The translations under genes and the position numbers were made by a program. Below the pieces are notes generated by a model, which saw only the letters and a list, made by a program, of their open reading frames with translations, made no database searches and had not been told where the DNA came from. This document shows positions 1-13,810 of a DNA stretch of 64,000 bases, piece by piece. The first letter of the stretch is position 1. Every line of letters starts with the position of its first letter. The DNA is from Camelus dromedarius (Eukaryota). The DNA is taken from NCBI RefSeq assembly GCF_036321535.1, contig NC_087436.1, forward strand, positions 17,050,001 through 17,114,000, in the 5' to 3' direction.

Positions 1-1974
1 ATCCCTGTCTTTGTACTAGTCTTTTTTTTTTTTTTCTCTTTGTTTTTTTCAGTCTTTAAAATTCGCTTCTCATTTTGTCCTTTGAATATTTTCTGAAGCA
101 AAAACAAAGAAATACTATTCACTCTCCTTTTTGCTCTATCTTGGGAGTGGAGGTGAGGCAAAGGCCTGGAGCTGAGGCAGCCGGACCCTGCAAAAGAGCC
201 CCGGCTCTCATGGCCGGCAGACACACTGGGCTCCAACCTTTTTAGCTCGGACCTTTTTGGTCCTTCAAATGCTGCTTTGTGTGACTGTTTTAAGCTTAAT
301 TCCTTTCCTTTTCCAACTACGTATGTTAAATGGTAGGAAATAGTACTTCATCATGAAACTTCATATAAGATAAAAACTGATCCTTATCACATGTAAATTT
401 TATTTAAAGCTGAAAATCAGTTAATATCCCCAGGAGAGAATGATGACTTTTCTCCCCAAGCTTGCAGTATAATGAAGTAAAAATGTTTTCACAATACTTT
501 GGAATTTTTATAATTGTCCTCTGTATTGTTCGACTGTCAGTTAAATTAGAACATTTGATAATTGTAGGGAGCTGATAAGACTTTCTATTAAAGGTATGTC
601 ATTATGTTAATCTCGGTTCAAATATAGTCTGCCCGAATCCTATTTTGATTATATAATATTAGAATAAAATAACCTGTTAAATTAGATTACCCTGGAGGGC
701 ATAGAACATTTTAAATGCCTTTGAAGTTAACCTTAGTTTAAACAAGTATATAAATAGTGGACTACTAAAACTATAGCTGTCTTTCCTCCTTAAAGCCTTT
801 ACAATTTGTAGCATAGATATTTCTATATAAATAGAGATACTTTAGACTTAAAGTCAACCAATGAATAAGATTATTTAGCTTTTAATTGTTTGCCTATTGT
901 GGGAAAATAGTGAGTGATGAATTTTTTTAAATGTAGAGGCTCCCAGATTTCATTTGTTGTGCAAACACCAGGATACTGGAGTTATTTAATAAATACATTG
1001 ACAGTTGTTCATACAAAACATGTAACTTTATTTTTGAAAAATGATCTTTGTGTCATGTTGCAAATAATAGAGGTCCTTCAACAATTTTAACTGTAATTCC
1101 TTTATTCACACATGGGAAGGACTCAGTGACCATGACTACCACACATATGTTTTTAAACATTCACATCACCCTTCATACTGTCCATTTTATTGGTGATATG
1201 GCTTGCTCTCATTTTTTCAGAGTAAGTCTGACAGATATCTATGCAAAAAGTGAATGATTCTAACTGATTTTATTTAAAAGAAATGTTCAAAACTTTATTT
1301 ATATATTCCTTTATTCAAAAAGTATTCTGAAGTTCATGCTGTGGTACTATGTAGCAAGAACCTGCAGAACAGAGAAACAAAAGAATCACAGAGCAGGTTG
1401 AATATTGAGTAGATTTCTTCCTAGTCAGTATACACGTGGACTCTGAGGACCTCTGAACTAAAAAATTGCTAAATTAAGTTTTGGTGCCATCAAATATTTG
1501 TGCTTTTCATGATTATGTGTATTAGTCTCCAGCTGACTGTCTACTGGGCTCCTGTTAGAGATTTTAAGAGTAAAATTTAAAAGCAGAAGAGGAAAAATTA
1601 TAGAAGAGATGGGTGGGAAAGGAATTTTATAGTAGACGCTGGTGCCTAATTATTTGCAAAACATCACTACACACTGTCATAGGTATGGGCAGAAGTCAAG
1701 AACTATTTCTGTCTTTTTAAAGAATTGCTTACATAATGTACAACCTATGTATGTCAGTAGTAAAATAATTCTTCCACACTGTAGAATGCACCCAGGTGTG
1801 TTCTTTAATATATGCTCACTGTTTAAGAATAACCTGGTATTGTGATTTTGGTTTCTGGCTTTACATTTTAGATTAATCGGAATTCTTTAAAGTTAAAGCA
1901 AATCAACATCTATTTAGTGAACCAGCACTGTGCTTCAGTTACTATATTATCTGGAAACATAAAGCAAAATAATT

Positions 1975-2190
1975 ACATTTCACATGTATTGAATGCTTGC
2001 TATGTGCAAAGAATTGTTCTAAATGATTTACCTGAATTTATTTAAGTAATCTTATTTAATTCTCATAAGAAACCCGATGGGCCATGTGCCATAAAAACAC
2101 TGAATCACAGAGAGGCAGCATATCTGAAATGCATAGCTAGACAGTGGTAGAGTTGTGACATGAAACCAGAGTGTTTTGACTTTTCAGCCA
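1975..2190 (-). mobile_element. MIR SINE remnant
   Basis: tattgaatgcttgctatgtgc...atttaattctcataagaaaccc...actgaatcacagagagg...gctagacagtggtagag resembles the reverse complement of the MIR consensus. Confidence 0.7.
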
Positions 2191-4479
2191 TGGTTTAAAA
2201 ATATTTAAAGTAATATAGGATATTAAACATACAACCTGTAAAAGAAGTAGATCAGAATAAAAGCTTCAAATAATAATTCAAAAACAAGGCCAACACTCAG
2301 ACACAATTATTTGGATGGTAATTATTGAATACTGTAAGTAGATATAATGTTTTATTGGCAATATTAGGTGGTAGTAATCAATAAAATCTTTTTTGGGGAG
2401 GAGCATGCACAATTAGTTCTTATGGGCCAACACCAATGACCAATGTTGCATTTTATTGCTTTTTTCCTTAAAAAGAATGCAGCATTTGCTTATTACCGAA
2501 AACTGTTAACAATTAGAAAGGATAAAGAAAAATTTTATTCATTATTCATTTACTCAACAAGTATGTATAGTGTGCTTAAGATCATCTATAAATTAGGCCA
2601 CCAAGAGATAACTACCACTTACTTTTTGCTGTATTTTCTAATGTTTTGCTTCTTAAAATACATAATTGTAATGACAGGGTATATAAAAATTATACATATA
2701 CATATGAACTTTAAAATCAGCTTTTCTGATTATAAAAATAATACATGCTCATTAGGAAAAATTGAGAAATTATAAACAAAAAGTACATTTTTAAAAAGTA
2801 TGTAGAATATCCACTTTCCAAAATAATCTCTGTTAATATTTTTATATATTTCACTAATTGTATAGTGAATTATAAGACATTTCACTTACTGTATAGATAA
2901 AATTAAACACATCTATATGTACTGATTTTTTGTCATGGTTAACTTCGGAATATTCACATGTCTAAATGAAAAATGATAATGAGAAAATGATGGAAAAATA
3001 CTGTTAGCTTGGGGCAGTTTAGTAATCTTTCTTGATTGAACAATTGAGGGACTTGGGTCATTCAACATGAATCTAACGGATGTAGAAGAGCATCAATCAC
3101 AATTCTCTATAAAGACTAGCCAGTCTGTTTTTCTGTGTTCCTCTGCTTATGGTCAAGGAAAAAAAAAATTAGTAATGCTCCTAATAGAGCATCCAACTAT
3201 GTAAGTAGTTCAGCCATTTAAAGAAGTTCTAGAAGATAACAACCCATCAATTGCTTTTGCTAGACTCGAGTGTGAGTGTGTAGGTAGGTAACAACCCTCA
3301 CTCATCCCGCAAACCCAAATTACCATTCATATACTCCCACAGTCTTCAAGTTTCTACTTTTGCAAATTCAAAGTGTCTTCAATGAAAAACAAAGTGAAAA
3401 GGGGAACAGGGAATGCTTTTTGTAGCATTTGGCATCTGAACATATATACATCCAGCAGCTTGGAACAGCCTAATGGGTGCATCACTAGAGAGGAGATAGT
3501 AAAATGTGTCTCTCTCCTGTAGCAGAGAGGGGATGACTCAACTGTAAAACTTTAATATTAGATTGTGGACTCTGAGTCTAGAAGGTTTTATGTACCAAAA
3601 ACAAAGATACATCCATCAAAGGTGTCCGCCGTGAGAGAGTGAATTACATTTCCTATTAGTCACATTTGAAAATTGCTAAATTAAATTCCAGTGGACTTAA
3701 GCTAACAGATTGAGGCAACACCCAGAAATATCTTCAAGTTAGATCAATTCCAGTGGAACCAACATGTCCCAGAACAAGGAGCTGCAGTGTGCCCAGTCCC
3801 ACTGGAATGTGAGTGCACCACAGCGGTTCTAATCTGACTGTGGTAAGAACCCACGGGCATGGAAAGAAGCACTGAGACCCAAGTGTTAGGGAGAGTCTGA
3901 GAAGCTCTTAGCAGTCATCACCCTGGCAAGAAATCCCATCTAAACTGTGAGTTCAGTGATATGGCACAAGAAACACATTTCCTGAGACAGAGAAAGCAAC
4001 AAAAGCAAGAACACTGCTAAGGACAAAGTTCAAGCAGGCCACATAGATACTCTGACAACACATAATCCAACAGGACTCTTGAGTTTGGGCTCCAAGCTGG
4101 TTAAGGAAAAACCTAATCTGCACAACGTTCCATGATTAAGTTTAGGTTTTGATTACTCCATCTGTTAAAGTCTGTCTAAAAGATTTTGAAAATGATTTAA
4201 GTCCTCACAAACCTGTGAAAGTCTGTTCCCATCATAAAGCTAGAAAGCATATGGAATTCTTGGGTCAGACTCTTGTCCCTCAAAAGCGTATAGCAATACT
4301 TCTTATGTATTGCTTTATCTTATGTATTTAGGCTACTTTTTATTCCTGGAAATTTTCAACATACACAAAAATAGAGGGAGTAGCCCAGTGAACCTCACTA
4401 CCCGCCTTCCCCAGTTATCAGCATTTCTGCAGTGTTGAGACATTCCTTGATCTCTCTCCATTTTCCCCATTCTGGTTCA

Positions 4480-5130
4480 AGTCACGTAATTTCTAGTCTG
4501 GACCAGTTAAAGTCTCTTAATAATCTTCCCTTGCTCACCTGACAGTCTGTTTTCCACACAAAGTCGACACGGTCTATAACTGTAATCAGATCTTCCCACT
4601 CCCATGCCTAAATCTGTCATACCTTCTGATTAAATTTTTAAAATCCTGAATACTTATCTTGGCCTGGAGAGCTTTCTGATCTGTCTCAGTTTGGATGTCA
4701 CCTTTTTTTTTTTTTTGTCTCCCTAACTACCCAATCAAAAATGTCCTGCCCCAGTCCCTCCAGTCTCTCTCTCAAGAACAACAAGCTGTTTTGCTTTCAT
4801 CAAGGTTTTCATCACTATCTAAAATTATGTTTCTCCCTGCTTATGACCCAGCTCTTACCTTGAGAACTCTGGCTCCGTGATGGCTGGAATCTTGTCCACA
4901 TGTTCACAGTTTTCTCCCCCACCTGTAGCCGAGTGATTCTCAGCTTCAGTGGCACCTTAGAATCACCCAGGCAGCACATTCACATGCAGTCTGGGGTGGA
5001 GCCCAGGCACCATTAATTTTTTCAGACCCCCAGGTCAGTCTAGTGCATACCAGGGATTGAGAAACAATGCCTTATGAAAACGCCAGGCACATACAAGGTA
5101 CTCAGGAAACTTATTTAAACAAATGGATGA
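4480..5130 (+). mobile_element. LINE-2 3' fragment interrupted by a MER5-like element
   Basis: ctggaccag...ttttccacaca...aatcagatcttcccactccc...cttggcctggagagc is L2-like, and gccaggcacatacaaggtactcaggaaac...aaatggatga resembles the L2 3' terminus. Confidence 0.55.
4931..5069. mobile_element. MER5A/B-like hAT-Charlie MITE
   Basis: agtgattctcagc...agaatcacccagg...tctggggtggagcccagg...ttgagaaacaatg, with degenerate terminal inverted repeats of the cagtggttctc/gagaaccactg type. Confidence 0.7.
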
Positions 5131-5904
5131 GGGCTTGGCTCCTGCTTCAATTTTATTTTGAACACTGCCACAGTAATTTGTCAGGAACATGTTATTCCTG
5201 AGTCTTCAGGGTCACTTCGGCTCTGCACTATTTATTTTTAAGTCCATATTGGTAGAGAGAGAGAAAGAGGGAGTTGAGGAAGTGTGAAAGAGGGAGAGGG
5301 AAGAGTGCTAAGGGGAGAGAAAGAGACTGATTGTATTTCCTGTGTTTTCGTCCCTGAATGAAGAAAAATCTGCCTTGTGCTAGTGTTAACCGCTGCTTCA
5401 TGGGTCATACCCACCAAACCATCTGATTAGTAGGCTTCTAAACTAACTCTACTAGCAGGCTTTTACCCAGTCCAGCAATCTTGCTGCCCAGCTCTCTGAC
5501 CCAGGAATAGATGAGTCTGTGAGAAGCTATCCTTTCACAACTTACCACTGCTTTACCTATAATTCTACACATCCCAGAATGGAAATGCTAGCATTAGTCC
5601 CTTTCCTGACTTTTTTTCCCCCTGGCTCATTTACAATATGCGAATAGGTGTAGGATGAACATTGCTGTTAGATTGGGAGAGCTAGAAAAGTACTCTGGCT
5701 GTTCTGAAAACTGAGGATCCACAAAGCAGAGTAACAGCCATGTAGTGTTCTAGCAAGGACAGACCTCAAGCCCCTGCCGTCTTCCTTGTGAATATTTGCA
5801 GGTGTTACATGGTTGTACACAAAGCATTATAAAACTGCCTGAGCACGGTGACCATTCCAATAATACTGAGTCAAGTAATAGACAGAGAGATAGATATAGA
5901 TAGA

Positions 5905-5990
5905 CTTTTTTTTTTCACTTTGCAGAGTAGAGAACTGAGATTTAAGGAAATTATGTCTTGGCCAAGATTCCACAGTTTATGGTAGACTCC
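5905..5990 (-). mobile_element. MIR core fragment
   Basis: tttgcagagtagagaactgagatttaaggaaattatgtcttggccaagattccacag resembles the reverse-complement MIR core. Confidence 0.55.
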
Positions 5991-7919
5991 CTTTCATATG
6001 GTGGTATCATCAATTACAAAGAATGATGAGCAAGAAACAGTGATTGAGCTTCCTTCACAAACCAATGCCTGCAATATAATTTTTCTAGGTGATTTCAAAA
6101 CTTCAAGTGTTCAAGGCTGTCCTTTTCCACATGCATTTGTAAATAAGGTGAAAATGTGGCATATGGCATTTTAATCAAAGTATCCATTTCTTTTTCCAAC
6201 ATAACTGACATTTTTAGAAATTGTATCAAATGAATTTATATTCAATCAGATACAAGTGGAAACTAAGAATTATAAAAGAAAACATACATTTGGTTGAATC
6301 CATATTATAAAATTTATTTTATTAGATTTGATGCAAATAATTTCCTCCATGAATTTTCAAAACAGAAGATCTGTTTTAATATTTCTGATATTTGCAGTTT
6401 TACCCTGTGACTTGTTGTCCTATAGGAGTCCATTAACATTTTCTATCTATTTTGTTAAATTTTACATTTGAACCTCTGATTGTTATTCCATAAATGTGAA
6501 AGTAAAATTCTTAGAACTATTGATGTTAGCAGTCCTCAGTTTATTGGTATTTTTGGATTGTTATTTTTTCATTTATAAAGATTAGTGACAAGAGTTAATT
6601 ACATAATTTAGAAGTATCTCCAAATATAGAAAGCTCTCATGGGGTCTTTTAAAACAGAAGAGACAAAAGATAACATGAAAATATTAAATTTTTATCATAA
6701 GGAGCATAATGAATCAACTCGAAGTGCATCAATGATTATTTATTTCATGAATCTGTGACTCTGTCTGTGCACTTTTAATAGGCTCACACCTCACTTTCCA
6801 ACACTGCTTTTCCCTTATACTGAGACTAAAATGCATACACCATGAATCAGAGACTGCAACTCAGACCCCAGCATTATTATATAACATAGAAAAACGATCA
6901 TCGTGAAAGCAATTCCCTTACTCCTGAGATAATTGTAGGTATTCTTTTTGGACAAAATCATCCTTTATGAAGAAGACACAGTAGTATTGATTGAATGCTT
7001 TAGTGATATGCAGGATTTATTGGAGCTCCTATCCTTAAGTAGTCAGATGAAATGAGAATGTTCTGAATTTAATCATTAATTGTTCCTCAAACCTCCCTTA
7101 GGAAAACATTCATTATAAGATGGGACTTGATAAGGAAGGATAGGGATTTAAAATATGAGAAACATCAAAAGAATTACTTTGTGTGACGTTCATCAGCTTC
7201 AAAAAAATGTGCATACTTTAAATCATTGGATTTCAGGCAAGACTTTGCACTCATACCAGGACTAGAAATGTTTTTATAACATGCCTAGAGGAAAATTCTT
7301 TGTTATGGCTTCACTGAACACTCATTAATTTTGTATCAGAAGAGGGAAGTTGATAGCAATTTTGCACCTATCTGCAGATGTATGAAATGTTTAGTCATTT
7401 TAAGGTAAGAAATTCTCACATGTCAACACTTCACTGAATTCAAAAAAACTGCTTCATTTCTGTAAGGAGAATTTAATGTTTAATAATCATAGGATAGTTA
7501 TCAAAATTCTCTGTTAGATAATGAAGTTGACTTAAAAATGTAAGCATGTAAATAAGCTAAATTTTTATTTTTGTTTTAAAATGTTTCCCAAACATAGAAA
7601 AATAAAATAACTAATGCAGTAAGCACCCACCTATCCACTACCCACATAGAGCTCATAGAATTGTTTATGTACTTCTCTTTATTTTTTAATTCTATTTCAT
7701 TTCTTTTTCTTTCTTCAACATGGCATTGATATAAAGCATTCAGGAAAAGAATCCCCCTAGAAACTGTGTGTATACACTTCTGAGTAGCCCTGGCAGGTGG
7801 ATCATTGGAACCTCAGCCTGGTCCTGTCACTGCCACGTCCCCTCCCACACCCCTCCCACACCCCCGCAGGGATCTGATCAGTCACAGCCTCTGTTCCTGC
7901 TTCAGGTTTAACCCAGGTT

Positions 7920-8705
7920 CCTACCAGCTCCCCTGCACCATTGCTGTTGGCTCCATCTGATCTCCTTCAGTCCTTTCTCTACACATCTCCCTAAGTTAGT
8001 CTCTTAAAAAAGCAAAGCTGATGGGTTTTTCCAGTCTCTTGAACTTTCATTGCCTGAAGAAGTTGCTTCTAAAATGGAGTGCAGAGGCAAAGAAGGATCC
8101 ATGGGGTGGGAGAAGAAAATCTCAGGAGCCCTATTTGATGTTATTTTCATGCAGTACTTTTGAGATTTGTACTTCATGTGTGTTTTATGAAATACATAAA
8201 TTTGCCTATACATAGATAAATGTGTGTAAACTGGGGGATTCATGCTTAGTATAGGTGCACAGTAAAAGATTTTAGAAAGCAGTGGCTTTGAGAATGAAAT
8301 TCAAGCTCCTTCATAGTCTGGCCCCAACACCTTTCTTTCCACCCCATCACCCGCTGCTTACCTACCTCCCTGGCACTTTGAACTTCTTAACTTTGCCTGG
8401 GCCTGCCTCAGCACAGGTTCCCTCATGCAGAAAATCCCCTTCACACACCTTAACTAAATCCAGTGGCACCATGGCATGAAACATTAATGTTTCTGTAATC
8501 ACTCTATCCCCTGAGTGCCCATGACTCTTTGTTCAGATATGTTGAAAACACCTAGCACAATATAATTTAGATCTATGCTTATCTGCCTCCCAAATTCTGC
8601 TTTGAACTATACCTAAAGTGGGAGCCATTTCTTACTCATCTTTGCATCTATAGTCCCTTGCACACTGTCTGGCACATCACAGGTGCTCAGTAAATACTTC
8701 TAAGT
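7920..8705 (+). mobile_element. LINE-2 3' fragment interrupted by a hAT element
   Basis: tttctctacaca...aaagctgat, agaatgaaattcaagctcctt and tcatctttgcatctatagtcccttgcacactgtctggcacatcacaggtgctcagtaaatac (L2 terminus). Confidence 0.7.
8058..8284. mobile_element. hAT-Charlie-type non-autonomous DNA transposon remnant
   Basis: ttctaaaatggagtgc...ggatccatggggtgggagaagaaaat...agattttagaaagcagtg. It splits the L2 copy. Subfamily not assigned. Confidence 0.5.
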
Positions 8706-9221
8706 GTATAGAGACGTGGGCCTGTATTACAGAGATACTATTGCTTATCACCAACACTAAGGTAGATCAATATATGGCTGTAAATTTAGTCAGTGTACAC
8801 CCACCTAAAGAAGATGTTGGAATGCTAGTGTGGGAGGTTTCTTTGGGAAAGCTCTAGGTATCCACTGTTGTATTTTCAATGGTCAAAAATAAAACCATAA
8901 TTTATGCACTCTAGAGGAGGAAACCTCAGAAGACTTGTCATTTTTAAGTCTTGAGGAATTTCTTGGTCTTAGAGTGATCTGGGCTTACATTTTTTTGCCA
9001 TGGAGCCTAAAGACGTAACTTTTAGACTATCATGGACTATCATGTCTTCATTGTGTTCCTGTGCTATTCCCCAAGACTCATTACAGAGAGGCTAAAGAAC
9101 AAACAAAAATATATGTGTGCTAACTAAATTTTGTATGTATTAAGATATATGTGATATGTATGAAGATACATATATACGAGGTTATCTATAAAAGAAGGTA
9201 TATAGTTTAATTATATTTACA

Positions 9222-9268
9222 GTAATAAAAATAATAAATATAAATAAAAATAATAAAAATAAAAATAA
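9222..9268. repeat. A-rich (AAT/AAAT/AATAAA)n low-complexity tract
   Basis: gtaataaaaataataaatataaataaaaataataaaaataaaaataa is visible directly. Confidence 0.8.
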
Positions 9269-9280
9269 TTCAGTTGAAAT

Positions 9281-9480
9281 CTTGGCTTCTGGAGTAGAAC
9301 AATAGAGCAGTCTGGGCTCAATCTCGCCTCCATCACTATCAGTTACGTGTGTTGGGACAAGTTATTTACTTTTCTCAGCATATCTTACAGTTTTCATATC
9401 AGCAAAATAAAAATTTTGAAAAGGATATTTGGTGGGTTGAATAATATAAGGTATTTAGGTAACATAGCATACTGCCTGAT
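9281..9480 (+). mobile_element. MIR SINE remnant
   Basis: ggcttctggagt...ctgggctcaatctcgcctccatcact...ttgggacaagttatttact...cagttttcatatcagcaaaat. Confidence 0.7.
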
Positions 9481-12098
9481 AAAAAAAAAAAACCTAATAA
9501 TTTTTAGCCACCTTCATTATTCTACTTCCTGGTAAACTACTTTTTTTAACCTGACAAAGTGAATCTTAAGGTGAACCAGAAACATATTAACCTAGTGAAA
9601 ACCATCTCAGGACTTCCCTTTACTTTTTCTCTCTTTTTCTGGATGGAATATTTAAACAATAAATTCTATGTTTCTATAGAGTCAAAATGTGGTTTGCTTA
9701 TTTCAGTCTCAGTTGAAGCTGCCAAGTAAATTTCCATTCCAAAATACAAATTAGTTAATACATGCAAATCACCAAAAAGAAACCTAGTGCGCACTCAAAA
9801 AATGTTAGCTACAAGTAACTTTTTAATGACAGATTTTTCACCTATTTTCCATGACCACAGTATGTGTAAAAATACAAACACATTTTGAACAGTTAAACAA
9901 TTATGTTTTCTCCAACAGAACTGTAATGAACAAAATCTGTATTTTGTTTAAAAACATACTAAAATATTAATCATTTAAAAATGACACATGAAATACATAT
10001 TGTGGGAAAAACTGCTGCTAAAGACTATTAAGAGTGAACTATTGAGGATGCATAAATTGTGTAATTTTAATGGGACATTTCAATAGAAGTGCTACTTTGT
10101 AATTGGTGATTTTAATGAGCTTCAGTTTCTTTGAAAAGGCTGTTATTATAAATAGGACGCTCATATCCATGGTAACAGGGAGGATGCCTCTTAGCTTTTC
10201 AAAGCATTCTAAGATAATTAATTAAGTTTTCTTTATTTCTTTTTCCTCCATAATTTTAAAACAACAATAAAGGAGAGTTTTGCTCATTTGTTTGCCAGGA
10301 TGTTATGCATAGTTCCAGTATAAAAATTAAAATCTAGTGAGTGAAGTAAATTTATAAAGTCTACTCTGTTGAGGGATGGGAATAGGTCCTTGGTCCATTG
10401 GCCAAGAAATTACTGGCCAGCTTTAAGATTATCTTCCTTGAGACCTTCAATTAAAGCCACACAATTTCCTCTTCACCAGATATAACTAGATTAAGATAGA
10501 AATCTCACTTTTGCTAATCTTAGCCTAAATGTAATTGAAAATAGCTCTTTTCAAGGCAGATACATGAGCAATTTGCTTGCTTAAAAAAAACAGTATAGAC
10601 AAAGTAAATGCTTCTGTCAATATTCTTGGTCTTGAATTCCAGTCCACAAAAATGCAAATTTCCCATCACCAACCAGTTGTTTATAAATTACAAAATGAAA
10701 ATATTACATATATAAATTTTATTTTTATATATTGTATATCATATATCATACATAATATGGAACTATTATATCTAGCAGCTAGCTATGTATTTGTAGAACA
10801 ACTTCCCCACAGGAGGGAAAGCTTATTTTAATAATTTAGGGCTACATTTTATGCTATATAAATATGCTATGTAAATAGAGTGCTATAAACCGTGATAGTT
10901 AAAATTGTGATTTCAAGGGGTGCTAGGCTGCAAATGTGAGCATTTGGGTGCCTTTTCCTGTAGAACTGGTTCTTTTGGAGAGCCTGATATAGGATGCAGT
11001 GTGGGTCGGGTCAGCCAGCAGTTCAGCCCAGTTAAAGGCTCTTGCTACTCCCACCGACCTTCTTTGTGTTCCTGCTCCACTGCAAGAAATGCTTACTTCT
11101 GTAGGAAAAGAGCCGAGGGTCTTTCCCTAGAAAAGAGCCATTCCCTAGGAAAGAACAGGGACATTTTCAGGATCCCAGATCATTAAACAGCACTAGACCT
11201 GTTCACAAGCTCTTTAACACACTACCCTTTTTTATTATTACTTATAAAAAACAGTTACACTCTATGCCACCACACACATTTCTAACTGACTTCAAAAAGA
11301 GATTTGGTGAAGAAACTTGAAAATAGTTTCCTGCCGTCTCTTGTTCTGTTGTTTGTCAGTTTGGCCCTCACAAAGCGGAACAAAAGCGACCCCGTGAGTT
11401 TTACTTTGTGCAATGCCAGGATGATAATTGCTGGACTATTTGCCACATCCTATGACTCAGTGTGCAGCCATCAGGAGTGCCAGAATGTCTGAGTGGAGAC
11501 CATTCTGGTGTGGGCCGTGAGTTTCTGGGCTTGGTGTTGACTGGCAGGGATGACAGTGTGACCCCTGCCAGGTCTTTCAATATTTCAGTTCACACATGCC
11601 TCCTTGGACCCATCCTAGAGTCATTTGTAGTGTCCTCAGAGGCCCTACCTTGACTGACCTTTTGTGAATTTTCTCGGTAAATATTTTCTGATCTGGCTTC
11701 TCACCCACTGGATAGTGGCCAAGGGCCCTGGAATGGGCTCAGGGCCTCTGTTGGTGTGACAGCCCATCCTTGTTGTCCAGAATGGCAGAGAGCAGTATTC
11801 CTGCCATCTTCAGGAGGGTTGGGAAAAGTCGTTGATCGCTTTATGCAGCTCTACCTCATTTGGAAAATAAAAGTAACTGCAGGAAGTAATTTTGTCAAAG
11901 GTCACGTTGTATGTACATATCTTACCAAAGTGTTGAGCAGCTAGGTTGGAACAAGGTGAGGTTTTTCTGGAATGGCATGAAAATTAAATTTCTACACCTC
12001 CCTGCCTCTCTTTCATGTTATGTTCCTCCTGGTTGGCTTGAGAGCATCAATTTGGAGCACAAGCTGCTCTTAAAGAACAACAGTTGTGTTTTAAGCTA

Positions 12099-12289
12099 TT
12101 TTTTTTAAAATTTATTTATTTTTATTATTTTGGGGGGAGATAATTAGGTTTGTTTATTTATTTATGTATGTATGTATGTATGTATGTATGTATGTATGTA
12201 TGTATGTATAGAGGAAGTACTGAGGATTGAACCCAGGACCTCATGCATGCTAAACATGCGCTCTACCACTTGAGCTATACCCTCCCCCC
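12099..12289 (-). mobile_element. Full-length tRNA-Ala(AGC)-derived SINE (camelid Vic-1 type)
   Basis: Reverse complement reads ggggggagggtatagctcaagtggtagagcgcatgtttagcatgcatgaggtcctgggttcaatcctcagtacttcc (A box, AGC anticodon, B box), followed by an A-rich tail containing cctaattatctcccccc. Imperfect TSD ttaagcta/ttaaacta. Confidence 0.88.
12163..12208. repeat. (TATG)n microsatellite in the SINE tail
   Basis: About 11 tandem TATG units. Confidence 0.95.
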
Positions 12290-13063
12290 TTAAACTACGG
12301 TTTTATATGAAAAATAAAATTAAAATATAGTAAAAGACCCAAAGGCTATGTTTTTTTTTTATAACAATATTATATGCACACACTATTGCACAAACACAAA
12401 CACACTGCCTTACCAGATAGTAATCAAAGATGTATTTGGAACTAAACAGAACCTTAAACCTAAAACAATTTAAACAAAGTTCTTTGAGACTCACCTCCTG
12501 TTGTTATAGTACCAATGAACAGGAGCTGAGTGACTGCTGAGGTCATTTGTTAAAATCGCTGGTTTCTAACGGGAATGTCTTAAATGATAGGAAACAATTT
12601 CATTCAAAGGCAAAAGAAGCAGTTCTGTTGTTTATTTGAGTACGGACAGCATAGTGTGTCCGTTCTCGAGAGGCTCTTAGAGTTTTAGGATGGCATGTCT
12701 TATCAGCATTTTTTCTTCATCAATTATTTTGTAACCCGTCTACTTGTCATACTTTGAAGATAATAATCATCTGTTGCATACATTCATTATTCATTTTCTT
12801 TATTACTCCATATGTCACAATGAGTTGGTCCAATTCTAAACAGAAAAATACCTGCTTTTTCTAGCATAGTTGAAAATTAACTCTTTCACGGAATCTAATT
12901 TTTTAAATAACTGAAATCTACCACAGAAGCATCCATTTTTAAAACCTAGTCATCTTAATGGAAAATATGGAAAAATTTTACAGCTTCCATAATTCCAAGC
13001 ATTCGTAAACAGGATACTTTGAACATAATTCAGTTTGTATGTGTATGTGTGTGTGTTTATTGT

Positions 13064-13810
13064 GAATCTGATCATGTCACAGACTCTGCTTCTGCTTAAA
13101 TAAAGCCATTCATTTTTTTCACCTTGGTCTCAGAATGGAGACTCGTTGTACATTGTGCTCTCTGATGTTCTCATTGCTCTACCCATGTTGGTCTTCTTCT
13201 GCCACAGGACCTTTGTACATGCTGTTATTGCTACTTTGACTGTTTCCCCTTCTCTTCTTTCCTAAATCATCCTACCCATCCTTCAGATCTCAATTTAAGT
13301 ATCACTTTCTCAAAGAAGCCCTTTCTTACTTCCTTGACCACTAATACAGGCTGAGAATTGTCCACTAGCATGTGTCACTACACTAAGCTTGTATTAATTG
13401 TCTCCTTCTCTAGATAGGAAGTTCCACAGGGGCAGAGACCTAGTCTGTTTTGCTCACCATTAAACACTTCAGTCATTGTACAGTGCATGGCTTAGGGTAG
13501 AGCATACATTTTCGGTGGGTCTGATATCGCCTTCAAGTGGGCAAAGCTTGGTTCTTGAGGGGTGAAAAAATTTTAGATATTACAGTGATTTGAGATCCTC
13601 CTAAAGTCCACAGTACGTAAAAATATAAATAATATATCGGTGATATTACATTTCCATGGCAAAGGTTGGCGGTGGTGGTTCAGAAAAAATAAATGTCTAA
13701 AAAGATTTTTTTAAGGAACAAAAAAAAAGGAAGGGTTGAGAAACACTGAAAGTGAGTAAGCAAATATTTTCTTTATTCAAAATGAATATTCTATTGAAAG
13801 AATGGATGAC
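13064..13810 (+). mobile_element. LINE-2 3' fragment interrupted by a hAT element
   Basis: aatctgatcatgtcac, gccacaggacctttgtacatgctgtt, cctacccatccttcagatctcaattta, ggggcagagacctagtctgttttgctcacc, and terminus gaatattctattgaaagaatggatga. Confidence 0.8.
13510..13748. mobile_element. hAT-Charlie-type MER remnant
   Basis: Ends in aggaagggttgagaaacactg (Charlie-type terminal repeat), with internal ggttcttgaggggtgaaaaaattttagatattacagtg. Subfamily not assigned. Confidence 0.55.

Noticed and set aside
9026..9045. Short tandem duplication gactatcatg x2 (also ccctcccacac x2 near 7841)
   Set aside because: Ordinary slippage duplications with no array or spacer structure.
12210..12289. tRNA-Ala gene
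   Set aside because: It has an A-rich SINE tail, TSD-like flanks and related copies in the window, so it is a SINE head rather than a tRNA gene.
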